Shown here piece after piece: positions 1 to 12,509 of a stretch of DNA of 64,000 bases; position 1 is the first letter of the stretch; each line of letters opens with the position of its first letter. A program made the translations under genes and the position numbers. The notes below the pieces were generated by a model. The model was not told the origin of the DNA. It worked only from the letters and a program-made list of their open reading frames with translations, and ran no database searches. The stretch covers positions 6,572,001 through 6,636,000 of the forward strand of contig CM102289.1 in assembly GCA_046563655.1 (NCBI GenBank), written 5' to 3'. Source of the stretch: Yuukianura sp. NJ FZ-2021 (taxonomy: Eukaryota).

Positions 1-1109
1 CTTTTTCATCTCGTTCGTCCAAGGCAGTTTTAACTTCTTGATAAGGACAACCTCGAACACAATTTAGTGGTAAGGGAGGTGTCGGAATTGGAATTCTTCT
101 CGAATTGAATAGTATCTGTTTCTGTAGTTTAATAGTTTACTGTTAAAGCCTACTAAACTGTCATGATAATAGTATATGAACTTTAAACTCATTTTGTTCG
201 GCAGGGTTCGACGCATAAATAAAACCGGTTTCAAGGCGTGCTACGCTACATTCAACAATGAACCAGGAGAAGTTTGTCCCCCGGGTTAGTTTCGCCTTCG
301 CCTCTGACAATGTTCTACTGGTCATATTTACAAATAAGATGCTACTAGTATTCGAGCTACTTTCAATTCAAATTATAGTTAGAATCCTGTTTGACCACAA
401 TTTCCAGATTACCATGTCTTCAGACGGGATGGTTTAAGTCTGAGAGACCAGCTCGAACACGAGGAGGTTTTTAGCTGACCATGACGTCGTAAATGTGCGA
501 ACTCACGTCAATGGAAACGAGCTTTTCGTTGGTGACCTTTGTGACAAACAACATTTGACGTTTGTTGTTTGTATTGTATTTCACGAAAACTTAACTTTTT
601 ACAATAGGCTGCAAGATTGTCTAATTTTTGGAATAAACTGGTTTCTAATTTTTATTAGCCCTGTCGAAAACAATTTGGAATCATCTAGGATGCCGGTGAC
701 ATTCTTTTGTCAATTATCATCAAGACACAGTTTGCCCAGAAGAAAAAACTGAAACAAAAATCATTCTTTTAGTCACATGAATTCCAAACTGCTTTTTCCA
801 AGTCAAACAAATCCATTTTCAATATAAAATGGAGGATTTACGACGCCACGTTGATACTATAACCAAGCGCGTTTGTGAACCGTAACTTCCCGTCCTAATA
901 TTTCCACGACAGAGTTTAACGTCGTCAACTTTCATTCATCACAACTAAAATTGCACAACTTCCTTGTGATGGTGACGACGGCAATGAAAACATTAACCAG
1001 TTAAGATCAAAATTGTAATTTCATTTGAAAAAGTTACGATTTCCTTATTCCTATTGAATAAAACCAATTAATTTTCCGCGGTTGTCCTAATTTCTTAGGT
1101 CGTGATTAT

Positions 1110-1422
1110 GGTCCCATGACTTTTCTGCGTATGAATTGCTTCGAAGTGAATTGCTACGAATCCAATTCTCCAAAAATAGTTTTATATGGTAACTTAACCT
1201 AGCCTATTTTTATAATCAATTATTTTTAAAACAAGACTAGCTAATAATAATTAAAAATATAGTTAGCCTAACCAAATCTGCCTTACGATTTAACCTAATC
1301 TATTTACTCTAAACACCTTAATCTAAACTAATTCAATTTCGGGGCAATGTACTTTTTGGAGCCATTGGATTCGTAGCAATTCATGCTTCGGAGCATTTGA
1401 TTCGACGTAATGGCGTGACACC
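1110..1422. mobile_element. Non-autonomous foldback element / MITE with long imperfect terminal inverted repeats
   Basis: The left arm (gaattgcttcgaagtgaattgctacgaatccaattctccaaaaa) is the near reverse complement of the right arm (tttttggagccattggattcgtagcaattcatgcttcggagcatttg). A weaker ungapped match extends out to ~1110 and ~1422. The AT-rich interior has degenerate taacct/aacctaa motifs and no ORF. Confidence 0.75.
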
Positions 1423-4400
1423 CTTGACTATACTAGATACACCGCATTTTCTATGACCCAATTTTTTTTTATGAAAACGGGAAAACACTTACTACGTTTT
1501 GCGAAACGTGAGCGCTGCGTATTTCCTTTGTCATCAATAATAAGTATCAATCGATCTAGTCATTTCTTGTCACGAGTTTTCCCGGGAAAGTTCCAATTTT
1601 AGTAACAAAAATCAAAACGACGCATTTTCTTTTTCCATACACACTTTCACGTCTGTGTCATTTTTTTCCTACCGACGTCAATTACAATGAATGAGTCAGG
1701 TCAGGTTCGGAAATCCTCAGGCTTAATTTTTCCATTTTAAGGTTCATATTTCTCCGTATTTGCTTTGTTTTAATAACTTTTGTCCACAGGGGCCACGAAA
1801 TGTTTTCGTATTTTGCGACTCAGTTTTGAGATCACTCGGTGCCCTTTATTGCATGATGCAATGACGGCTCGTTTGTCGTTAACGGAAGTGGATGTGGTAA
1901 GGAGCGCGCGTTTTCGCAAGCGGAATTTCCCAATGTTTTGGAGAAAATCGGCGGAGAAAGGGCATGTGATGTTTCAATGGGAAACAAAGCTACATACACC
2001 GCTTTCTCTGTCAAATCTATCAGTCGCTTCAAGACTTTCTTCCTGGAAGGACACAATAACCAAAGTACTTAAGCTCAGCATCCAGCATCATCATCAACTT
2101 TGCTGATAATAACGCCAATTCATAAAGGAAAGGAGCGTGTGGGAATGTCAACTGATCGTAACTTGTCAAAGTACAGGTCATCTCAGCAATTTCCGCCGCA
2201 ACTTATAGCAACAGGTACGCTTTTTTGAATTTTTTTCTACTGCTTAAGTAAAAAATTATGTCATGCTTATCGGCTTCTGCTGGGAATTTAGGAGATTTTG
2301 TTCCAAAAAGCTTGGAGCATAAATTAATTCTTGAAAAATTGAAAAATATTCCGCTCGTTTTTCTAGAAGCTTAATTTTTGTAGATAAGTATTCAACTCAA
2401 TGCATGCTAATGAATTAATTTTAATTAAAAATTCATGATTACACGCGACGCGTTTTCTACTATGACGTGTTCGTCAAAGTTACAAGCAAAATGGCTAATT
2501 CAATTTGAAGTGAATTGGAACACGAGTGTTGGGTTCTGATAAAGAAGAAAGTGAAACTGAAACGTAGATCCAACATTCCAGAATCAATTTCAACTAATTT
2601 GTGTACAGCAAAGGCTGGACCAATTTCGGTTGGAGACTTTCACTTTTCAAACTTTTTGGAAAGTTTTCATTGAATGTTGAACAAACAAATAATAGTGTCG
2701 CTTTGTTACGCTCTTCGCAGATTGGGGCAAATTGATTCAGTGAAACTAATGTTTGTGAACTTTGGTGACAACTCTGTATATTAAGTACATTGACATAAAC
2801 GTGTAACTGCGGTGACATGAACATGCCAAAAGTTTTTCATTTCCACGGATTTCAAAATTTCTGCGGAGAAAGTTTTCTGCTAATGAACCCCACTCTTTCC
2901 TTTTGACCGATCAAAGTGGTTTTCATCTCTCTCGGTTTATTCTTTTTTTTTTGAAAACGCTTTTTGAAAGACGTCATCAAATTTTCGAAAATCACCACTA
3001 ATTTTCCATTTTATATAAAACGTTGTCTTTTACTGGCCTCCATAATTTTACGCCCTGAAGCTTGCCGTTTCTGTAACTAAAATCAACTTTGTTCAAAAAT
3101 GTAACAAAAAAAAAGTTGACTCATTAGAGCAATTTCGAAAACGGAGAATTTGACATTTGAAAAATTACCCTTTTTAGTTCTTTTTTAAAAATAATGTTTT
3201 TTCCTTTTTGTAATTTTCCAAGACAGTTTTGGTGTGGTGCATTTTCCTTGTACGATTTATAACATTACACAGAAATGAGATGTGTAAGGTCAAGTTTTTT
3301 TTTTTGGTAACTCACCTTGCCGTGAGCGGAAGAAGCAAATTTATTGACGCTTAACAGTTTCTTTTGTCATAAAACTTTTTTTTGTCAAGTTCCAAAAACT
3401 TTTCCTTTTTAAATTAAAATTTCACGGTTTTAGTAGGATATTTACGACGCGTAGTAAGGGTTGACGTTGACAGAAATTTTTTCTTGTCATTCTCAATTTT
3501 TTTTGCTGTGATTTTTTGGTGATTTTTTGTAATTTTTGGACCAATTACTAAAAGTAACAGGACGTGAGTAGTGCATTTTCCTTTGGAATCATTTGCATTA
3601 TTACTAAGTTTGTAAAATTTATAACTGAAGGTAATTTGCAATTAATGTATCTTTTGTTGTGTATCTTTGTGTTATGCATTGACTACAGTCCTCACATCGT
3701 CAATGTCAGTCAACTCAAGGCTCTCTTATTTCAATGAAATCACAGCAACGTTCAATTTGGCAGTTCTTGGAAGGTGTTGTTGTTTTGAGTAGGTTTTAAA
3801 CAAGGAGTTTGACATTACATATATAAAATCAATATATGTAGGTAACACGAATTTTTAAAATATTCCAAAAGTTTATCACCTAACGGTTTGGAAAATATGG
3901 TTACGGTAGGCTAGAAAGTAGTTACAAAAATTATGGTGTTATTGATTGACCTATTTTGTCACTGTCAAAAACAGTGCATTTTATGCATTGGGTTCAGGGA
4001 TGAACTGCTACTCAAGATCAGTTTCCTTTTTGCACATCCTAACAACTCCATAAATCAAACCTGTTTTCATTGACAAAACTTGCAGAAATGGATTATACAC
4101 TAATTTTTGTAACGTCAATTTTTCGCGCCAAATCTTCTGTCAAGACAAAGCTGACACTACCGCAAGACCTTAGCTAAACTTATGGAGCCAAACTTAAGTA
4201 CTTAAACTTACGTAACGTGACACACCTAATGAAACAACATGACATTGCGTTTATCAACTAAAACAAAGCATAGCTTGCAAATATTTTCATCGATTTTTAA
4301 TGAATTATATAGATTTTAGTAAGTTTTTTATGAAGTGTTTTCACAAGCTGACAGACAGACAGAACAACGTTTATACAGTAGCTCCACTGCTTTTGCTCTA

Positions 4401-4895
4401 CTAACCCCTACATTTTGATCAGAAATCGTGTTGAGTTGATTAATCACTTACGTAATTAAGAGGATAATTTAAATGAGGATGAGCCATATAATGAATTATT
4501 TAAAGCCAAGAATTCACCTTGGAACAGGAAATGACTCTTACTTTCAACAAACGAATATTAATTCCCTCGCATGAAGTCTTCCTACTGCCTCAATTTCGTG
4601 GAACTGAATAGAGGAACTAAAATAGAAAAGGGGTTTGGGGGTACGGTGTACCTCAGAAAGGCTTGAAGGCTTTTGCCCTGCCTAATTGTAGATACCAAGA
4701 GATTCTTTTTGCAAATGGGAATGGTTGCGAATATTGTGCAAATTGCGAATTTGAATCTGCGATGCTCATCTCATTATTCTCTTCAGTCTCTTTGTTGACA
4801 GCTGCCGTGGAACTTACCTACTCCAAATATTTCTGAAACTTTTCGATTAATTTTTTAATTTTTGGGAATTTCTTACAGTGATTTACTAAAACAAA

Positions 4896-7800
4896 ATGAA
4901 GGCGCAATCATATAATTTGGAAATTCAAATGAACGTAAGGTCCATTTTTTGTATTTTTTTTTAAATTATTCTATGCTATAGTTTCAACTTTTTTTGAATT
5001 TTGAATTTAGGGACAACACAACAAGGCGTACCAAAATGAAGACAATACAGTGGATCTGGAGAAAGCACATCAAGGAAACGGAACGCTAGCAGCAAAGGTA
5101 AGTTTCAAAAACAGAAAATTAGGTGAAAAAAAGTTTCTGTTGTTTTTGAAAAAGTGAAAGTGGAATTTTCGGAATTCTTTAGGCTCCAGATGAATCTGAT
5201 GGAATTGGGCGAGACACATGGGACAAGCCAATTGAGTTTCTCTTGTCCTGCATTGCCATGAGTGTTGGCCTAGGGAATGTTTGGCGTTTTCCATTCACTG
5301 CATATGAGAATGGCGGAGGTAATAGCCTTTAATTATTTGTTGGGACACAGGTTGCAAAAAATACTAGCAAAAAAAGTTTGCAAACAAATACCGCAGATTT
5401 TTACAACAAAGGGAGAGTGACTAACTCTGTTTTGCTCCTTCCAATATTTTTTTGGGCTAATTTTAAACTCTAAAGTGAAGCGAATTCGCAAATTTCAAAA
5501 ATCCTTGTTGCTAAATTTCCTGTAAACATATTTGTCATTTTCGTTGTAAATGCTTTTCCAGGTGCGTTTCTAATACCTTACCTCATTGTTCTCTTCTTCA
5601 TTGGTAAACCGCTGTACTTCTTGGAAATGTCTATGGGACAGGTATAAAATGATTAACACCTCATTTGAGTAAGATGGACTATGTAGAATTATGATTTAAG
5701 TGTGAAATGGAATTTTAAAAACTAATCATTGTTTGCAGTTTTCATCTTCGGGTCAAGTCAAAGTATGGGCTATGGCACCAATTTTTAAAGGTTTGTTTTA
5801 AAAATTTGTTCAGTTTTGTTATTTCGAACCCGAACATCTTTTTTTTTCTGAGCATATCAGAATGTTCAAAAATGTGGAAATTTTTTACGCAACAGTGGAT
5901 GTACAGTGGAAATTTTTGCAATGTTTTCCCAAGGCCATTTAACAACTGCGTGTCCTAAAAAATTATCATAATATAATTCTCAGAAAATTGTGAAGTTTCC
6001 GGCTAAATTGGAGATTTTTTTTGTGTTGCAAATAGCCATAAAGTATGAATGTCAACAATTAAACTGCATCTTTGTTCTTACGTTAACATTTTTCTGCGTA
6101 TTTTATGATCATAGTAATTGTAACAAAAAATTTGGTTTTAATTTTAGGTGTGGGATACGGTAGCATGTTGGGAACAGGTATGACCAATGCAGAAATATAT
6201 TTTAAAGATATGTTTTGTATACTTTTTGTAATTATATTTTTGTATTTTAGCTTGTGTTGTCAGCTATTACGGTAAGCCAGAAGCTGGTTTGAAATGAATT
6301 GTCAAAAAATATTAATTATTGAGTATTAAATAAATTATACATGGTTTAATTAACTTTTTAGTTTCGCTGATGGCCATAACCGTTTACTACTTTGTGGCAT
6401 CTTTTTCAACTACTCTGCCATGGTCAGAGTGTGACAATTCATGGGGCGACGGAGGACTCTGTAATGGCACACTGGTCAACACAAATCGCACAACCAAGAC
6501 AGTTTCGGAACTTTACTTTGAGTAAGTCCATTCAAACTATCATAAGTGAAAGTGAAAAATGAACCGAAAGTTACCGTAAAACTTCAGGAAATGAGAAAAG
6601 CCCTCATTCCTGTTTTGAAATCTAAAGTAAGCACGTTCCAATTTTTGGCTTTGTTTGTGTTAGGAATGAAGTGTTTCCTCAGTATGCCACTATAGACAAT
6701 GGAATTGGATTTCCGCATTGGAACTTGTCTATTTGTCTGGTTGTGTCATGGGGTCTGATCTTCCTGTCTCTGGTCAAAGGAGTCCAGAGTTCTGGAAAAG
6801 TGGCATATTTTACAGCCTTGTTTCCGTATGTTGTCCTGTTTGTCCTTCTGGGTCGTGGAGTAACGCTCAATGGTTCCTGGAAAGGAATCTACAAGTTCAT
6901 TGTTCCCGAGTGGAACAAAATTCTGGAACCTGAAGTAAGATCATTTGGCAATTCATAATTAAAAAAAATCAGAAAGTTAATTGAAAAGTAAAAATAAATT
7001 TAAAACTTTTTAATGAATTCAGGTTTGGTACGCCGCAGTGTAAGTACACAAATACACTTCATTTGGATACTGCGATGTTTGTTTTCAAAAAAACTGAATT
7101 TTTTTTTCTAATATTTTTTTTACATGTTTAGCGGGCAGTGCTTTTTTTCGCTATCAACTGGATTTGGACCAATCATTATGTTCGCATCATACAATCCATT
7201 CAGGCACAACGTTTACAAGTATGAAACAATAATTAATTTGACTATATTATTTGAATTTCATATTTTATTAAAATGATTTACACAATATACGTTGATGTTC
7301 TTTAGAGACGCTTTGATCATCTCCTTGTTGGATACTTTTACAAGTCTGTTGGCCGGGTTTACAATATTTGCAATCCTGGGAAATCTGGCTACACAATCTG
7401 GACTCGAAGTTGAAGATGTCGTAAAGAGTGGACCAGGATTGGCTTTCATAAGTTATCCAGGTTAATTACAACTAACATATTTAAATATCATTTAAGTATC
7501 AATATTTTAATAACTTAATTGAATTTTTCCAATTTCAGACGCAATTGCAAAATTTGACTGGGTTCCACAGGTAAAGTTTTTTTAAACAGTTTTTTTAGTC
7601 TTAAATAAAGCGACATTTGTGTAGGTACTAATACTTTTCACATTTAAAATTTAACATAATTTTTTTCACCTCTCACTATGTTTTAGCTTTTCGCAGTTCT
7701 ATTCTTTTTGATGTTGTTTACTCTTGGAGTTGGCTCAGCCACATCTCTGACTGGAGGCATCATAACCATCATCTGTGTAAGCAACATTTCTGTCACACTA

Positions 7801-8695
7801 AGTAATTACCAATTCAATTTAATTGATTAAAGTTAGTTAATCAATGTTTGTGTTTAGGACCAATGGCCACATATCAAAAGGTGGCAAATCACAGCAGTTG
7901 TGTGTGTCGTGGGATTGTTTGTGGGGCTTGTCTATGTTACTCCCGGAGGTCAATTCATGCTGACATTGGTTGACTACTTTGGAGCAAATTTTGTCATTTA
8001 CGTTATGGCTACTTTGGAGGTAAAAGATTGAGGAATTCAAAATTTTAAAAAGTTGTTATAACTTTTTTCCTTTTTATTACAAGGTAATTGGCGTCGCCTG
8101 GTGCTATGGACTGAACAAATTGTAAGTTTTAGGAAAAACAAAAAAAAATCAACTTGCAAGTTTCAAAATTTTGATTGAATTTTTTTGGTTAAGTATCCGA
8201 GACATAGAGTTTATGCTGGACATTCGACTTGGATTTTACTGGAAGTTTTGTTGGGGATTTTTCGTACCTGTGGGTCTCATTGTCATTCTCATGTACAGTC
8301 TCATTACCTCCAAACAAATTCACCACAATGGAACAAGTTTTCCACCTGGAGCAATTGGTTAGCTTTCGAAAAAAAAAAAAACAATACCAAAAATATGGTT
8401 TTTAAAATTTCAAAAAAAAATTTTAGCGGCTGGTTGGACGTTATCCGCGATTGCCATTGCTCTCATTCCATTATGTGCAATCCATGCCATTCAAACCAGA
8501 AAGACAAAAGGCATTGTGGGGGTAATAAGCCAACGAAGCAAATTTTAAAGAACGTTTTCAAAATAGTTTTTAAACCACTTTTTAAATATTTTGTAATAGA
8601 AATTTAAGGAAGCTCTTCTACCTTCATCAAGTTGGGGACCAAAACACCCACAACTACGGAAGGAATGGATTCAATTTACCAGCAATCAAAACTGA
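4896..8695 (+). CDS. SLC6 sodium-dependent nutrient amino-acid transporter (NAT-like), about 19 coding exons
   Basis: Spliced translation gives [106 protein letters not shown] and C-terminal WGPK. ATG at 4896, TGA at 8693-8695, GT-AG introns. Confidence 0.93.
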
Positions 8696-9695
8696 CTGAC
8701 AAAGAATCAAAATTTATTTTTAAGTTACGGATCATAATTTTCTAGATGTTTAAAATTTTTGAAGAAAAGTACCTCTTAAATATACTTAACCTAAAAGTAT
8801 TAATTTAACATTCCAGTTACCACACCTTAACAAAATAAAGTAAGATTCCAAGTTACTGAAAGCCAGAATACAAGTTTGTGCAAAATGACGCTGGCGATAA
8901 TGCTTATTTCACAACCATCTCACTTGAAAAGCACGTGAATTCGTATAATGTCAAGTTTTAAAAAGAAAAACACGTTTTAGACAAAATTGTTGGGAAAATA
9001 TTGGGAAATTGTTGGGAGACAAAACTGTTAGAAAAATCTTAGAAATTTTTAGACGTAAGCAATTTAGACGGTACAAATAACCCGAAATTTTTGACTTGAA
9101 ATCAAAAGTTTCGAAATTTGAAAGGTTTCTGGCAATAACCTTAGAGAAACTTTCTCGCAAAAGTCAAAGGTAATAACACTTCAAAGTAAAAACGAACTCT
9201 CATTAAAGAGTACTTAAACCGATTTTTGTATATTCATATTAATTGAATTTAAATTTAATTAAATTGTTGGTTACAATAAAAAACGGAATTTTACTAACCA
9301 CAATAAGATACGGAAGAAGGAAGATTCAAATTGACCATGGGGAAAATTTTTTTTAAATAAAATTCCGGGAGGAAAAACTTTAAAACGCAAAAGGAAAAAG
9401 TGCATCTTTAATCTAACACTTGTTATAAGAAATTAGGATTCAACAGGATAGTTTCCTAAAGTTCTGGAAAAGAAAATTCTCTGAAAGGAAATGAAAATGT
9501 CACACTTCCGGCGCTGGTTGGATACAAAAACGAGCGAATTATGAAATTTGGAAGTTAGTTTTAAAATATTTTTTAAGCTTTCGTTCCAACCACGTACAGT
9601 CAACACGGTTCAAAGTGAGTTAAAAATTGAGTTCAAAATAAAAAAAAGAGCTAACTTTTTCTAACTGAGTTTGTTCTTTTTTTTTTTTTGTCTAG

Positions 9696-10094
9696 ATGAT
9701 ACGACTGGTCGTTTCAATTGGTTTGGTTCTTGCCATTGCTACTGTTTCTGTCCATTCCGAATGCAACTTCAGAAAGAATCAAAACCTTCCCAAGGGCTAC
9801 TCATGCTATGTGTTGGCGGGATATTTGATTTTCCAAAATGACGGAAATCTGGTTATCCACGACAACTTTGGGAACGTCCTCTGGGCTTCTCACACGCAAG
9901 GTCGAGGTCACCGAGCCCAGTTCCAGGGTGACGGAAACTTTGTGATTTACGATGGAAATGGCGGAGTGGCTTTCGCAACTGGAACAAACGGATCAGGTAG
10001 GCGCATGGTTTATCAGGATGATGGAAATTTAGTCATCTACGACAATAACAATCAAGCCGTGTGGGCTTCCGGCACTGAAATCAACCGAAAGTAA
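9696..10094 (+). CDS. Secreted bulb-type (GNA / monocot mannose-binding, B-type) lectin
   Basis: 132 aa with a hydrophobic signal peptide and three QxDxNxVx(Y/H) motifs (QNDGNLVIH, QGDGNFVIY, QDDGNLVIY) plus WAS motifs. The coding region is intronless. A probable 5'-UTR intron (gtgagt near 9615) ends with a polypyrimidine tract and AG directly before the ATG. Confidence 0.9.
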   Translation: MIRLVVSIGLVLAIATVSVHSECNFRKNQNLPKGYSCYVLAGYLIFQNDGNLVIHDNFGNVLWASHTQGRGHRAQFQGDGNFVIYDGNGGVAFATGTNGSGRRMVYQDDGNLVIYDNNNQAVWASGTEINRK

Positions 10095-10684
10095 CTTTGA
10101 AAGAAGCATCAGAAATCTTCTGCCTTGTTCAAAAAGTTTGAATTGGATTCTACTGTTCAAATTCAATTTTTCTTTGAAATGTGAAACTGTTGACTTATTG
10201 TGATTTACCAAACCGAGTAATAAAAACTAAAGTAATGCATTGAGAACGTCACTTTTCTTCAACTGAAACGTTTAAGGTGATAAAATTTTAAATTCTAAAA
10301 AGTTCACATACTTTTACAACCCGATGTTGGTAATTTTAATATTAAAAAGTTTGTTGCTTAAAAATGAAAGTTTTGTTGTTAGTTCATTTTTTTTAAATTG
10401 CCGAAAAAACTATTAGTCTAACTGGCAGAATAAGGATGTGGTTTTTAGATTGTTGGAATGAAAAGTTAATTGAAGTCAATTCAAAACTAACTGTTTTGGA
10501 AGTGAAGTGAGTGACGCACTTAAGAACTTTGCCTATGCCTTAATTGCAACTTTCGCTGGATTACTAATCAATTGATAGGTTTTACTAATTTACATTTTTA
10601 GCAAAGTTAAACCATGACTTTGTCCTTTGTACCCTGGGATAAGACAAATACATTTCTAACAGTGTTGAGTCAGTGGAGAAAATT

Positions 10685-12509
10685 ATGCGTCTTTTTGGTC
10701 TCTCCAATTTGGATGCTCTTTTGAGCCTCCTTCTTGTGGAATTAGTAAGGACTTTTCAGTTGAAATTAAAAAAAAAGATTTAGTTTAAAGAAATGTTTTT
10801 CTATTTTCGTAATTTTTTTTTGTTAGACATGGTGGGGACTGGTGTTTTTTGGACAATTCCTATGGTACTTGTTCATAAAAGTTGGAGTATACGTGGAAAC
10901 TACTGTGGAAGTTGGAAATGCTACCAATTTTGACGCTGAAAAATTGCATAATGCAGAAGGGGATGTTTTCGTTACGCACATTTTGCCAAACTATTTGAGA
11001 AATCCGGAAATATTGGGTAAAACTTTGCTTATGGTTTATATCAAATAATATAAAGAAATTTATATATTATAGAAATGATTGCAATTTTTTTAGACAAAGA
11101 ATGGGAAGAGTTAATACTTCTGTTGATTTTCGGAGCTTTGCTTTTTCTTCGATTGAAAGCACCATTTCTACTTTTAGTGACGGTGCTAAAGAACAAGGTC
11201 AGTTATTTTTTGAAAAATTGAAATTTTTGAATTTTGACGTAAAGTTTTTTTCAAATTTTAAATTTTAACACAGGTCAATGAGCATTGTCAACTACTGCGC
11301 ATTTGGTACTGGATGACCGTTCTGCTGGACATATTGCTTGTTGTCTATGTTCTATTTCTAGCTGGAATGTCAGGCGGCCTAGGTCAAATTTTGGAAACTG
11401 CTGTCGACAGAGTTGTGCTTTTTGTCATTTTTCGATTGATTTTTTGGAGTGTCGCCAAAACTGTTGTCGCCGAATTGTCTGTCAAGGAAAGTTCGCTCTT
11501 TCCAGTTGTAGGGCCGAAAGGTGTCTTCTTATACCTTGCATCAAATGTCAAAAATGCAATTGGAATGCTTCTAACCTGGGAAATTGTAAAGAAATATTCA
11601 AACCTCAAATTTTGTTTTGAAGTTTCTAAAATTTTCAAAATATTTTCAGCTTATCAATTCCTTGCATCTTCTGTCATCAGTTATCTTCTACCTTCATAGC
11701 ACGCTTCCAGAGGACATAGGATTGTTTACATATTACTGGGCAGGTACGAAATGTAGTTTTACATTAGAAAAAAAACAAGGTTCGTTGACGTTAATTTTCT
11801 ATAAACATTTGAAGAAAACTCATTTTTCTTCGTAAAGGGACCTTGGAAAAAAAAACTTTAATTTAGCAACATGTTTTTTAGAAAATTCGAAAAATTTTAG
11901 GATTTTTTTTAAACTTTTAGTTTTGCTACCGAACCCACACACATCTTCGACTGGATTTGCGAGTTATGGATTTTATTTCGGATGGATTTGTTTCGGATTG
12001 ATGGTACATATGGTTCTGATCGTTCTTCCAAGTTTACAACTTGCAGCAGTGAGCAAGGTATGTTCCAAATGTACAGCATGAACCACGATTTTTCATGACA
12101 CAGTTTTACGAATTTTTATGATTCTGAATTTTTGAAAAAAAGTTTTGTTTTATGATAGGATAAAAGAGGACTGCTGAAAGTTTTGATCGTACTGTACATA
12201 CTGTTTGGATTGGGTGGCTACGTTGCATACAACGTTTTCATCTTCATGGATATTTTTGATTTTGTTCTGAAGATGGCAAATGAACAACCCGAAATGGCTG
12301 TTACCTACTTCACAGCATTTGGTGCTTCGATTCTGATGGAATTTGGACAAATTTTGCTACGGTTGTTCTTGATTGAATTCTTGATGCAGTTTGTATTGCA
12401 TGAACCTGAGGTTGATGACGATGGCACTGAAGCTGGAAAAGAACGTAAAGCCATACTTCAACCATTTCTGGGAAAAGAACTTGTTCCAGAAGAAGGTGAC
12501 ACTGAATAA
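10685..12509 (+). CDS. Uncharacterised polytopic membrane protein (~8 TM), 7 exons
   Basis: GT-AG exons join in frame from MRLFGLSNLDALLSLLLVEL through TWWGLVFFGQ, DKEWEELILLLIFG, VNEHCQLLRIWYW, LINSLHLL and GFYFGWICFG to DKRGLLKVLIVLY...EEGDTE*. There are eight long hydrophobic segments and an acidic tail. The start codon is uncertain. Confidence 0.7.

Noticed and set aside
1..560. Possible minus-strand exons of a gene running off the left edge
   Set aside because: The composition looks coding-like and some splice-like sites exist, but I could not build a phase-consistent model or recognise a product.
1780..2220. 108-aa ORF upstream of the SLC6 gene
   Set aside because: Non-ATG start and no recognisable product. 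The region more likely holds promoter or 5'-UTR exon sequence (donor-like cag|gtacgc near 2215), which I cannot confirm.
9696..10094. Bacterial contamination as the source of the lectin or BBE-like gene
   Set aside because: Both have spliceosomal intron signals and AT-rich flanks continuous with animal genes.
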